Positions 1-13,552 of a stretch of 64,000 nucleotides of DNA are shown here, in pieces. A program made the translations under genes and the position numbers. Position 1 is the first letter of the stretch, and each line of letters begins with the position of its first letter. This DNA comes from Eledone cirrhosa (taxonomy: Eukaryota). Where the stretch lies: the NCBI GenBank assembly GCA_964016885.1, contig OZ024740.1:99696001-99760000 (forward strand). The letters run 5' to 3'. Under the pieces are notes generated by a model that was given only the letters and a program-made list of their open reading frames with translations, was not told where the DNA came from and ran no database searches.

Positions 1-19
1 TAAAAAACATGAGATGATC

Positions 20-880
20 ATTGCTAGAAAATCCTTTACCATATATCTACTCAATCCTGTATATACTATTAGATCTATGAACAACACTTAGTGAGTTCCT
101 TAACAAATACTTGGCGAGTGTAATAAAAATGTTCAATGCATAACACAAATGTGATTTTTGTTGCTTACATCCAGGTATCTTTTGCAAGACACCATTTCAT
201 CTGTTAGATACAAACAAGTTTGGCATATCTGAGGGATAGGGTAGGTAGAACAATAAATTGAGTACTTTTTACTGAAATTTAAGCGTTTCTTTTAGGAATA
301 GAAAGGGCTTCACATCCAGAATAAAGTTTAAAAGATACATTTGTTGGAAAACATTAAACAGGCAGTTGGATTTTTAATAAATAAGGCTTATACTAGATTT
401 GTGGGTAGTCTGTTCAAGTAGGTCAATCATACCACTGTGCAAGAAATGTAATTCACTCCTAGCGGATTTGTATTTATCCTCCTGTGAGATTTTCTGTTTG
501 GAAAGGTTAACGAAACAAAGGAGGATATGTCGGATTAGGCAGGTGAGTGGATGCTGTAGATACCTAAATGATGTATATGTTCTATTCTACAGACACTTTG
601 AAGGTTTGATACATAAAATTCATGCAGATAGTTTACAGGCAAAATGGAGTGGTTACAACATTAATAGGCTCAATTATTTTGAAGTCTCTATTAAAAAAAA
701 CGATGAGTTGAGAGTGATGAGAGTTTACACTAAAACTATTTGTTTTAAGGTAGCTCAGATGTCCTTTGCTTCCAACTATATACAAGAGTATTTATATAGT
801 TATGCGTCTGTTTATCTGGTTTCTGTTTCTATATCAACTGATTACTAAGATGCAATAAATATGGAACTCTTTCTGTTTAA
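20..880 (-). mobile_element. Degenerate CR1/Jockey-like LINE RT fragment
   Basis: The minus strand gives interrupted RT-like peptide pieces with many stops. The + strand ORF 399-848 is its antisense. Confidence 0.4.
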
Positions 881-1007
881 CATATTTGATGCACATTTGA
901 ATGAGGAACCTCTACAGAACTTGATCACTCAACCTTCTAGAAATGGCAAACATATCACACTCAGTTGTCTTAAGGAGACACTGAGTAACATATTCCTATT
1001 TGTTCCC

Positions 1008-1220
1008 TTAACACTTTAGCATTTACATTAGTCTATATTTACTATTTTATTTTTGTGGTAAATGCTTCATTTCATGAGATTTTTCATCTATGAGATTTTG
1101 ATATTCATTTTGAGAACATTACCTTAACATCACTATGAGTGGCCAGTTATAGCCATTTTGAACAGAAAGATGTGAGAGAATTCTGGCCAGATACAACCAA
1201 TTTAAATGCTAAATGGTTAA
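1008..1220. mobile_element. piggyBac-like MITE (degenerate copy)
   Basis: Ends ctaacactttagcattta...taaatgctaaatggttaa; interior homologous to 10121-10311. Confidence 0.55.
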
Positions 1221-1475
1221 GATACAGGCTGGTCACGGCTAAAATGACTTGGATCAAAGGCTTTTATCTGCATGTATGGACGGAATTCCTCCAACCAGAG
1301 TTATTCCAGCCATGACCATCCTGCCATTTCAAGGTTATATCTAGGATTATACTGTTCTGTGAATCTAAGATAGTGTCATTTGACTGCTGATTTTAACAAA
1401 TTCAGCAACCATGTCCTTTGAATGTTTGTATGTTTGTTTTTTCCCACTCATAAAATAGTCAGAGTAAGATTACAT

Positions 1476-1645
1476 AATTGTTTATATTTTAGGCACAAGG
1501 CCAGCAATTACCCAGTACATTACTGGTACTTTATTTTATCGACCCCGTAAGGATGAAAGGCAAAGTTAACCTCGGCGGGATTTGAACTCAGATCATAAAG
1601 GGACGTAACTCTATGCTTCAAAGCATGGTGTCCGACTCTACCGAT
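1476..1645 (-). mobile_element. tRNA-derived SINE (family S1)
   Basis: tRNA-like head with B-box gagttcaaatcc and core ctttgcctttcatccttacggggtcgataaaataaagtaccag. 14-bp TSD taagattacataat at 1465-1478 and 1645-1658. Confidence 0.9.
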
Positions 1646-2674
1646 AAGATTACATAATGACAGACAGATATAAATTTACATAAAGAAAGATATACAACTT
1701 CTTCTCAAATTTAGTAAAGTAGCTAGAATCAAACAATGGAAAATGGCATGAGTTTCAATCTGTTCATAGGCTGCAGTCTGGATTTGATGGCGATCTTGAT
1801 TTTACTTTGCACATCATTGTGCATGCATTAAGGAAAGTCACTATTGAGTACTCTGGTGCATTATGGTCCATCTGGTTCCTTACCACACCTCCTTCATTAT
1901 ATATATATATATATATATATATTTGTATATTTTAGGGATTGTAACATCAAGTTACTGTTAGTTCACTAAAGTGAGCAGTGGATGCATTGTCCCCATATGT
2001 ACTTTAGGGTTGTACTAAGCGTAATATTAATAATTATGGACGAAGTGTCGAATTTTCATTAAGTTTATCCATTAAGCTAACAGAAATCTGATGAGCTTTT
2101 GATTCCAGAGTTGAGCCTGACCGATAGAGACAGAAGATTGAGTTGATCAATCGCGAAACACGCGTCACACCTAAATAAACTAAATGAAAATTTGACACCT
2201 CGCCCTTATTTATTATTAATTATATTTATATATGTGTGTGTGTGTGTGTGCGTATGTGTGCATATAGTAAAATATCGGTGGTTGTGAAAAGGAAAATTTA
2301 TATTTGTATATATATATATATATATAATTATATATATATATATATATATATATAATTATATATATATTTATAAATATATATATAAATATATATATATAAT
2401 TATATATATATTTATATTACATAAATATAAATTCAGCAAGAATCGCATTTCGGCGGGTAGAAAAACCGAAACGAAACACAAAATTATGCTGGCAAGCGCC
2501 CTATAGTTAAAGAACCCAGAGCTAAACATAAGTTAAAACACCATACAAACTGAAAAAGTGGTCAAGAAGGCATTAACCATCTAAGCCAAAAAACAAGTCA
2601 AGCTAAACAGGTCAAACAAAATAAGTGATAAAATCATATATATATATATATATACATATACACATATATAACCG

Positions 2675-2809
2675 ACCTGGACCCATTGAAATTGATTGTA
2701 AAATCCAAATGCAGGGTTTCTATGACACTAAAATCAATAATACTGTCTGCTTAAAACTATAAGCTTTTGGTATAATGATCGAACAAGGAATATCACGTTA
2801 TCAACAGGT
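2675..2809 (-). ncRNA. Type I hammerhead ribozyme, U3-A8 core variant
   Basis: Minus strand: acctg-UUGAUAA-c gtgatatt...agtgtcat a-GAAA-ccc...ggg-UC-caggt. Confidence 0.75.
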
Positions 2810-3421
2810 ATTTTGTTCTGCGCCAACTTTGTGAATGACGCAGAGCTTCGTAAAAGCACATGCGTGACTCACAAGGGGAAAAACCCCAGATTTTGGCAAA
2901 TGAATTCAGTATGTGTAAATCATGCAAAACATTACATAAATAGCACAAGTCGAATAAGCACTCAACCAGGTAGTTTTAAAATAAACTTATGCAATTAATC
3001 TGTCAATAGAATTATTAACAGATTAATTGTAAGACCCGGGAGATTAATACAAATATAAATTCAGCGAGAATCGCATTTCGGCGGGTAGAAAAAGCGAAAC
3101 GAAACGCAAAATCAGAGTTATGCTGGCAAGCGTTCTATAGTTAAAAAACGCATATCTAATTATATACTATTAATAATGAGTTCAAAACTCAGGCAGTCCT
3201 TTACAATGAAATAGTTCAAAGAAAGAAGTATTTCTGAGCCGTGTAATACAAGTTAATATAAATTAATATATTTGATAAACACAAATACCAACATATCCGT
3301 ATTTGTATTGTAAATGACTAAGTTAGCTAGATTGAAAAATACTAATTATAATAATACAGTTTGCCTGTCTCGATTTAAAATAATAAATCAATAAAAACAA
3401 AGCATATTGGCAAATGGCCGT

Positions 3422-3551
3422 GGTGCTTGGACAAAATTAAATTTCAAAATCAAACCTGTTCCGTAGACAGGTTTAAACCTTAAAATCCAAATAAGTTTCG
3501 AAAAATGAAAAAGTGAAAAAATACCGCATTTAGATCTCCTCAGCAAGCACC
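3422..3551 (-). ncRNA. Type I hammerhead ribozyme (left arm)
   Basis: Reverse-complement copy of 3769-3896; stem I ggtgcttg/caagcacc. Confidence 0.65.
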
Positions 3552-3768
3552 AGAAAAATTGGTATGTTTCACTTCAAAATATTTAAAAAGACTGTTTAAC
3601 GCACATGGTTTTTCACACATGGTTATCCAGTGTCTAGCTGCCGCATACTCGTGCTGCTAGAAATAACAGCCGTTTATATGGGGCTAAAGTTAGCTCTATG
3701 TGTGAAAAACCATGTGCGTTAAACAGTCTTTTTAAATATTTTGAAGTGAAACATACCAATTGTTTCTA

Positions 3769-3896
3769 GTGCTTGCTGAGGAGATCTAAATGCGGTATTT
3801 TTTCACTTTTTCATTTTTCGAAACTTATTTGGATTTTAAGGTTTAAACCTGTCTACGGAACAGGTTTGATTTTGAAATTTAAACTTGTCCAAGCAC
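3769..3896 (+). ncRNA. Type I hammerhead ribozyme with long stem III
   Basis: gtgcttg-CTGAGGA-ga...tc-GAAA-c...(aaacctgt/acaggttt hairpin)...g-TC-caagcac. Confidence 0.65.
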
Positions 3897-4123
3897 CACG
3901 GCCATTTGCCAATATGCTTTGTTTTTATTGATTTATTATTTTAAATCGAGACAGGCAAACTGTATTATTATAATTAGTATTTTTCAATCTAGCTAACTTA
4001 GTGATTTACAATACAAACACAGATATGTTGGTATTTGTGTTTATCAAATATATTAATTTATATTAACTTGTATAATTATATATATATTTATATTTGTATA
4101 TATAGGTATATATAATTATATAT

Positions 4124-4512
4124 ACTAGCAGAAAAAAATACCCTTCATGTGGTTTTCTGCTAGCATGTTGACAATATATAATACATAGAGATTGAACGAA
4201 GACTGCGTTACACTGTCTTATTTAATCAGTAACGTAATCCATGATACATTAAAAAAAAACGATATAATATATGAACTGCACGAGGAGAAAATTAGTGACA
4301 TAAAATTAGCGATGGCCAACCGGAAGTGTTGACATTTCAGAAATTTTAAAGAAGTGAATCTTTAAATAAACACAATATATTTAATGAACAGACACGAAAT
4401 TTAGTAGATAAATTATGTAATATTCATTCATTATTTAATCCAACTTATTTTACAAACGGGATAAAAAAAAACCGTACGCAACCCCGCAGAACTTCCTTTA
4501 TTATCGTTTATA
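4124..4512 (+). mobile_element. Non-autonomous Helitron/HINE-like element
   Basis: Starts actagcagaaaa with a short hairpin; ends aaccgtacgca.cccgcaga...tttattat, shared with 4552-6678. Confidence 0.5.
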
Positions 4513-4551
4513 TTTATATTTGTATATATAGGTATATACATAATTATATAT

Positions 4552-6678
4552 ATTAGCAGAAAAACCGCCTACGGGTGGTTTTCTGTTGTTATGTCTTGTG
4601 TGCATGTATATATGCATATAGAAATATGTAAATTGAAAAGTAAATTAACAATATCTTCTTCTTCACCCAATTATTTGAGAGAGTCGTGGGGGCAGAATCC
4701 GTCTCAAACACTCCTATCAGCGAGTCTGTCAGTAGCAAACATCTATAAATAATCCAGCTGGATCCCAAAGCGTGACCAGCCAAGATAATGGATGTTATCC
4801 AACTATCTTGCTCAGGGGCTACCTCCGGGTCTCTTGCCAGTTAGATTTGCCTGTAAAATGTGTCCAGCGATTCGTTACTGAGACATTCTAACCACATGCT
4901 CATAATATCGGAGTTGTGATCTCTAAATTCAGGGAAGTAGCAGCTCAACTAGAAGTGACACTCTGGTCTCTGAGTTATGCACTTTATCGAGTAACGTTAC
5001 TCCAAATACCCCTTGGAGGAATCCCATTTCTGCCACTTTTATTTGCAATTGTATTCTTTTGGTCATTACTCAAGATTCATGACCCTCGGTAAGAGTTGGC
5101 AGGAATGCCAGGAAGACAGCGAGGTTGACTTTTACACATACCCCCCTTCTGATTGCTGAGGCTGGCGCTTTGCTGCATTAGCTTTTGCAATTCTTGCACT
5201 TAATTCAGCCCCCTGTATTCCACCACTCATGATCACGGCTTCAAGATACTTGAACTTCTCTAACTGCTTCAGTAAAACTCCATTCAAATATATATAAATT
5301 TGACGGACTTCTTCCAATGTGTATGTGTGTCTGTGTGAATGTATGTGTGTTAAAGGAAGGAAAGGGATACACACACACATATATGTCTAACTTAAAAACA
5401 GTGTCACAAACACACACATGTCTCTTATTTAAAAACGCGGACAAACTCACGCGTACGCACATACACACACTGGCTTATTACCACTCGAGAGCTTTGGCCC
5501 GGGCAAACATCGCCTCAATTTTGGAACCGTCTGTGTTGTCCTGAATTGATGGGAAAAGACTTGACGGTCTTACTCTGTGCTCCTGGTCAAGAGGCAGGTT
5601 TCTTACCTGGGACGTCACAGTTAGTGACTCTCTTGCTTCTTCCCACATCCTGGATGCAACGGTAAGGGCGAGAGCTACAGCATCCGCAGCTGAACAGAAC
5701 AAAATCCTAAAATACCTTTTTTTGTCAGTTAACTACATTATCCAGCCTGTAGTGTTCGATACGTTTGGGGAAGTCGGGCTACTGACAGCGAGGTTCTTAT
5801 CTTCACTGGTGGCTCGCCAAACAGAGGTAACTGGTGATGCTCGTGAGGGAACTTGGTTGTTCCAACACCCCAGACTCGCCATCACCACAGGTAACGCTGC
5901 GAACGTGCTGGCTTGCCTAAAAAATTATTAGAGAGGTTTACCAGCGCTCCTCGCTGTATTGCTATCTTTTGCTCTGGTTGCGGCTCGTTTTTCCACTCTT
6001 TCGCCTACATATTGTTCTGTGGCCTAAGATGTGTGTATATGTGCTTGTGTATTTTTATATTTATTTTTTCCTTTGTATATATTATATTTGTTAGTGTTTT
6101 CGTTCTGTAACCATTATATTAAATGAGTTTTAAAAAAAGAGTTAATAAATAAATAAAACGTTATACTTCTTTTACCCTCCCATCATCCAATTCACCGAAC
6201 ACTATGATGACTGTATCTGTGTTTGTGTTAATGTATATGTGTAAATGTAAGTATATTTGTGTGAAAGTATGTGTATTTGTGTGAATTATGTCAGTGGGAG
6301 TGTATTTTTATAAGTTTGTGTTTGCGTGAATATAGTTATATACTCATACATGTAGATGTATGTATGTGCACACTCATATGCGTCAGCGTGTAGAAAGTCA
6401 TAATCTCTCTGCCTCTCTCATCACAACTCTCTCTTTCTATATATATGGTAGTTGAAGTGGTGGTGGTGAAGACTATATACTGGAAGGGCAACTTTGAAAA
6501 GAAGTCAATTTTAAATTATTTATTTTTACGAAATTACTTATGTTTATGAAATTTAGTACATAAATTATTTAATAGTCATTCATTATTTATTCAAAGTAAT
6601 CCAACTTATTTTACTAACTGGATTAAAAGAAATAAACCGTACGCAGTCCCGCAGACATTACTTTATTATAGTTTAGAT
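4552..6678 (+). mobile_element. Helitron/HINE-like element containing LINE fragments
   Basis: Same 5' (attagcagaaaaaccgcc) and 3' (atccaacttatttt...aaccgtacgca) termini as 4124-4512, but 2.1 kb long. Confidence 0.5.
5475..6160 (+). mobile_element. 3' end of an RLE-endonuclease non-LTR retrotransposon (CRE-like)
   Basis: Translates to LEPS...DGKRLDGLTLCSWSRGRFLTWDVTV...KY...FDTFG...GNAA, a PD-(D/E)xK RLE signature. Contains stops and frameshifts and ends in an A-rich tail. Confidence 0.75.
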
Positions 6679-6808
6679 TTAGATTTGTATACATAGATAT
6701 ATATATAAATACATATTTTTATATTTGTATATATAGGTATATATATAAATATATATATTTCTATTTCTATATATAGGTATATATATAAACATGTATTTAT
6801 ATACATGG

Positions 6809-6884
<76 letters not shown>

Positions 6885-6901
6885 AGGTATATATGTATGT
6901 G

Positions 6902-6949
<48 letters not shown>

Positions 6950-7037
6950 GGTATATAGGTATGCATATATATATATATATTTATATATATATATATAGGT
7001 ATATATGTATGTATATATATATATATATATATATATA

Positions 7038-7838
7038 AATCAAGAAAGAAGGGTGACACAGTTTGCTATATAATAAGGGCTGTAATCACATTGCTGACAA
7101 TTATTTCTCTGAACTGGTACGTCTAGAGATCACTACCCGCTTGTTTCTGCGTCAATCGATCACCAATACATAGTTATAACCAGTCAATTCATCAGAGCTT
7201 GCGAGAATGAAGGGAATACACAGGCATGGCTTCTATATATAGTAGTGGCATTAAACCAGAACAATAACAATAATACTAGAGATAAGCCGGGGATTTAAAC
7301 AATGTACCATTTCCTTTACTGTTTGCTGACCATAATAATTATTTATTATCTGACAGTTAAAATATTTTCATTGTAGTGAGGATAGTAATTTTTATGTGGT
7401 GTAAAGCGGATTCAATATTTAAGTTGTCTATATTAGATGAAGGGATTGTTTGTTCGAATCATGGGTTGTTTAGCTTTCACATCATCAATAACATGCATGT
7501 ATAAGATAACACTAACAGAGTAGCAATATAATAGGTAAGTTAATACAGAGGTTAGGGAAGAAATATTTATATATATACAGAAAACATGCTGACTACAATT
7601 ATAACAACAGGAGGAAGGTGATGTTTTACGGACTGTATAGCAAACCGTGTCACTCTTCTTTCTTGATATATCATTACTCCAAGTGTAAACAACATAGAAA
7701 TCAACGCGTACTCGCAGCATCACTATGGAAACGCCTTGTTGAGTCAAACTTAGCCAAGCGTTGATACTATCCACTACTCGGAGTACCCTAACTGGACTAC
7801 ATCTAAGTGGACTACCTATAACAAAAATTTGTTATCCC
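7038..7838 (-). mobile_element. Short non-autonomous relative of the Penelope element at 38866-41787
   Basis: Both ends are homologous to the ends of that element (7680-7838 to 38866-39022; 7038-7195 to 41629-41787). Flanked by (TA)n. Confidence 0.75.
7093..7198 (-). ncRNA. Type I hammerhead ribozyme
   Basis: gct-CTGATGA-..actggt...accagt..-GAAA-taattg-TC-agc. Confidence 0.65.
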
Positions 7839-7847
7839 GTATATATA

Positions 7848-7991
<144 letters not shown>

Positions 7992-8024
7992 GAGAGAGAG
8001 AGAGAGAGAGAGATATAGATAGAG

Positions 8025-8072
<48 letters not shown>

Positions 8073-8079
8073 GATAGAG

Positions 8080-8123
<44 letters not shown>

Positions 8124-8130
8124 GATAGAG

Positions 8131-8179
<49 letters not shown>

Positions 8180-8273
8180 GTAGAACACTGGAGTGTAATA
8201 TCCGTAGTAGTAGAGCACTCAGTCCATGGGACGAGTTTGGTAGAAGTAGTAACACAACAGTTAGTTCACCATA

Positions 8274-8312
8274 CTGAGAACAAATGTTTCACCTTGCGGA
8301 TCGTCAGCTTGG
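8274..8312 (-). ncRNA. Minimal hammerhead motif (weak stem I)
   Basis: CTGACGA-t cc gcaa gg t-GAAA-catttg-TT, about 100 nt upstream of a (TA)n junction. Confidence 0.55.
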
Positions 8313-8789
8313 ACTGAGAATGATTGTAAAAGGAAAAGGAGAAACAACCGTATGAATACACATGCGCAGAAATGGTCACTTCCCTCCAAGCGATAAAAAA
8401 CCGCGATCGAAAGGTGCATGGGAGAAGACTGCAAATGTCCGGAATAAATTATTCGAGTTGATTAGAATATTATATTGTTGATGTCATTCAATCTGTAGCT
8501 TTGAAGTTATGCAAGAGCTGTTTCCAGACGTGTGGACAACATAAGAGAAGCTCATTTCTTGAATGTAGGCATCATACCACATTCATCCCATCCAACATCA
8601 CACCAAAACACAGCCATAGAAAAGATAGAACAATGACAATGATGATAATAATGAGAGTAATGATAATAATGCAGATAATAGTAATAAAAATAATAGCAAT
8701 AGTAATAATAATAGTTTTTTTCTTGGCCACAAAGGCTAACATTACAGATGGCACCGAAGGGTACAGGACGATACAAAGTGGGTTTAGGC

Positions 8790-9440
8790 CGTGAAAAAAG
8801 ATAATAACAAAAATAAAAAACATAGAATGTGTAAAAAAAAAAAAAAAAATATTGGGGGGAAAATTCCGCAGGTCACTCATTACAAAAACCACAAAAAAGA
8901 CCTCGGCCACCCTGACTACCATGGCAAGCACCCTCTCTCAATTTTCCCACTCCTCAGTCTACGGGTGTTCACTTGGACCAGACTCGCCATTTTCACCCAT
9001 CTTTCAAGAAACTTACTAGAAGACAGCACTTGCCTCTCCTCCCTGATTTTCCTCTTCAAGTGAAAATTGAAAAAGTCAATCAGGGATTTACTGGAGAGGA
9101 AAATATCCGTCTTCAATCCTTTCAACCTTGTCCACCACACAATCTCTTTTGCCATGGCCACCAGGCAGATGAAAACTGCCTGCCCTTCCTCCTCTTTAAA
9201 GGAGGATAGTGGGGCTATCTGCACAATGGTCTCAGTCAATAACCGGATCGATCCTACATGAGACAGCAACTGTTCGACATAGCTCCACAAGTCAGCAGTG
9301 TTAGGGGACTGAACGAGTGCATGCCTGATGGTTTCGTTACCCTGTACGCATCTCCGACAGGTTCAGCTGATGGCATTTCCGTGTCTGTAGAGCTATCTCG
9401 AACTGGCAACACTCCCCAGTAGCACTGCCATGCCAGGAAT
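8790..9440 (-). mobile_element. L1/Tx1-like LINE 3' fragment
   Basis: WQCYWGVLPVR...LWSYVEQLL...KEIVWWTR, resembling the C-terminal zinc-binding region of ORF2. Confidence 0.6.
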
Positions 9441-9709
9441 AATAATAATGATTCCTGACAGTGATGATGATGAAATAGGTGGGGATCATAAACAGGAATA
9501 CATAAATAAATAAAAGATAAATGGATAAATGGTGAGGGTAGTGTGGCTGAATGAATCTGTCACTCTCACAGTCACACATAGACACACACACACAACAACA
9601 CCCACCCACACAGGCAATAGATGGTGAGTCTTCATTTTACATTGTCTTTATACTTATTTATGGTTTAGTTTGCCTGGAAAACAACTTCAAATTAAAATAT
9701 TTAAAAATA

Positions 9710-9852
9710 ATTATTTCTGCTTTAGGCACAAGGCCAGGAATTATCCCAGTGTATTACTGGTACTTTATTTTATCGACCTTGTAAGGATTAAAGGTGAAGT
9801 TAACCTCGGCGGGATTTGAACTCAGATCATAAAGGGAGGTAACTCTATGCTT
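9710..9852 (-). mobile_element. SINE S1 (5'-truncated)
   Basis: Homology to the other S1 copies. Confidence 0.85.
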
Positions 9853-10120
9853 AAAAAAACAATATCACGGATTTACTACTGCCTCTACTGGTTTACATCA
9901 ATGAAAAACAACATTTTAACCAATTTACTTGAATTGTCTGGAGGTAGGATATCACAAAAGAGAAACCAAATACATTCTAATAGTAGCTGGAGAGACCAAA
10001 TCCTAAAACTGTCTTGATATCAATGATGGGTAGAACTCAATGAGTAGGATACAATGATAACAAACTGATAAATAAGGGAAACATGCTTGTGTCATTTTGA
10101 ACCTGGAAATACTGATTTAA

Positions 10121-10311
10121 CCCTTTGTGGCATTTACATTACTCTATATACACTATTATATTTTCATGGCAAAGCTTTACCTCACATAATTATCTCACAT
10201 AATATCGAATCTATGAGATTTTGATATTATTTATGTTGAGAACAATACCTTAACATCAATATGAGTGGCCGGTTACGACTGATTTAAACAGCAGGTTTAA
10301 TTGCTAAAGGG
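10121..10311. mobile_element. piggyBac-like MITE
   Basis: TTAA-ccctt...aaaggg-TTAA, i.e. TTAA TSD with CCC/GGG termini. Confidence 0.7.
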
Positions 10312-11798
10312 TTAAAAGAAATGTGCTAACAAATATTATTTGAAATTCTCAATAAATCTCTTTATGCTCTGTCCCACTCAATAATATTGCATTTTTTTGC
10401 TGGGCAGGGGTATTCAATTCAACCTCACAATTTGACTAGTACTTTATTTAATTAATCATATTGGGGCCAATGTATTCAAATTTTCCTCCTGCACAAATGC
10501 TACAAGACAAAGGCCATCGTAAAGTACAGCCATCTCCATATCACATATGTTGGGTAGTAAAGAACATTGTTAATAATAATGATAATGTTTCCTGCACAAA
10601 TTTATATAACCGATTAATTTTTTTCCCCAAAGTTGTTATATATGATCAAAGAGTATTGGCTACAATGACCAACATTCAAACACATTTAACATTGAAATAA
10701 ATACCCAAACAAAATGTTGAAACAACAAAATGTGAAACATTTTCTACAACATTCTGCTATTTTAATGTTCAAATATTTTACTATAAAATTTAAATTGTAT
10801 GATGTTATTTGCAGCTATTAGAAAAGTGTTACTAAAAAATATGGGTTATGCATTATGTAAATAACTCAACATGTCATCATTTTAATTCATCCTGATTCAT
10901 TTTCTATTATCAACAAACATTTTTTTTTTATCCAAAACTGCAATAATGAGAACTAAGAACGAATCCTGTCTTTCACAATAGAATTTGGTTTAGTAGTATG
11001 TACCATGCTATGGTCTTAGGTGCCTATGAAGTCACAAGCATATCAATACACTCCCTTAATACTCTCTCCAACAGAATATCCAAGATGTTACAGTTGGAAT
11101 AATTGAAGACTGAGCTCTGGGCTGGGACTTTATTGACTCTAAAAAAATTAAAAGTAAAGTGGATACAGTATTTGAGCTTCATGTTGAGAGAGTTAAGACA
11201 AATATCTAATGTTATAGTCACTCTTCTGTATCTACTACCTAACCAATACATGCAAAAAATAGTTATGAACATACAAAATACGTACAAAATACATTCTACT
11301 GTTTAAAAGCATATGAAACACATCAATGGAGAGAATAAAAACAAAAATATTGTCCAAAACATAAATATTTCATATTTATAATATGAAATTTAATGCTGTG
11401 GAATTACCTTATCTGTATAATACTGTATCAGATGATATTGCATTATATGGAGAATTTATATCAGAGTTAACTGGTTAGAATGTTCAGAAAACTAACCAAG
11501 ATTATTTGAAGCAATCATTGATCTGTATGATAAAAATATACATTAGTTACAATATGTAAAATCTTTCCTTTACAATGACACTGAGGGAAAGAACATTATC
11601 CTTATCAGGAAATATTCTCATTTCTACTTTTAATATCATTTGTTCCCTAATGGCATAAGTAGGATAGTTTATAGATTAAACTTTGTATTGTTTTTTTTTA
11701 TTTCTTTAATCCATAAAAAGAAAGCCAGTGTATAAAGAAGAGAGCGTGTAGTTATAAATAAAAGTTCCAGATTCAATCCAGAAACTAACGCAGGAATA

Positions 11799-11840
<42 letters not shown>

Positions 11841-11919
11841 TAATACATGTGACCAGAGTAGAAATTTTACTTTTCAAAGAAAATGGTGACAATGACTTCA
11901 AATTCAGTCTCAACTTTTA

Positions 11920-12940
<1,021 letters not shown>

Positions 12941-12954
12941 ATAATATAGAAATA

Positions 12955-13002
12955 GCTTCTACAGGACTAGAACTGTTTCGTTTGAAGGAAATCATCAGGA
13001 AA
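12955..13002 (-). ncRNA. Minimal hammerhead ribozyme (inverted copy)
   Basis: tttc-CTGATGA-...-GAAA-cag ttctagtc ctg-TA-gaag on the minus strand. Confidence 0.7.
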
Positions 13003-13047
13003 TATTTCCTTTATAATAACAATGAGAGAAAGATCACTATCATTATG

Positions 13048-13099
13048 GGCTTTCCTGATGATTTCGTTTGAATGAAACAGTTCTAGTCCTGTAGAAGCC
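13048..13099 (+). ncRNA. Minimal hammerhead ribozyme (Penelope pLTR type)
   Basis: ggctttc-CTGATGA-t ttc gttt gaa t-GAAA-cag ttctagtc ctg-TA-gaagcc. Confidence 0.8.
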
Positions 13100-13363
13100 A
13101 TTTTTATATTAAATATTTATACTCTGCTATGTATTGAGTACGTTACTTACTGTGGTTACCCCCGATTGAACCCGGGGTTCACATATATACATATATATAT
13201 ATATCCCGTTCAGATACAAACACTCCATGGTCATAGAAAACACTGATCTATGATGAGAAAGATGCGTCCAAATAAGGAAAATTACATCATTCAAACCAAC
13301 ATAGAATCAACCATTCATTTTGTCTATGAAATTTATCATTGTAAAATTAATGCCATTATTGGG

Positions 13364-13552
13364 CGGTGGATTGGCAGTATTGGTAGAGGGTCGGACGCCA
13401 TGCTTTGACGTATAGAGTTATGGCCCTTGCCATTCTGATTTCAAATCCCGCCCAGTTTAACTTTGCCTTTCATCCTTACGAGGTCGATAAAATAAAGTAC
13501 CAGTAATGCACTGGGTAATTGCTGACCTTGTGCCTAACGTAGAAACAATTAT
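13364..13552 (+). mobile_element. SINE S1
   Basis: Full head, core and tail. Confidence 0.88.

Larger units (their letters stand above)
3247..4072. repeat. Long fold-back inverted repeat (arms ~375 bp, loop ~77 bp) carrying an HHR in each arm
   Basis: 3247-3620 is the near-perfect reverse complement of 3698-4072. Confidence 0.95.

Noticed and set aside
399-848. 149-aa ORF as a host gene
   Set aside because: No recognisable domain; probably antisense to a decayed LINE RT.
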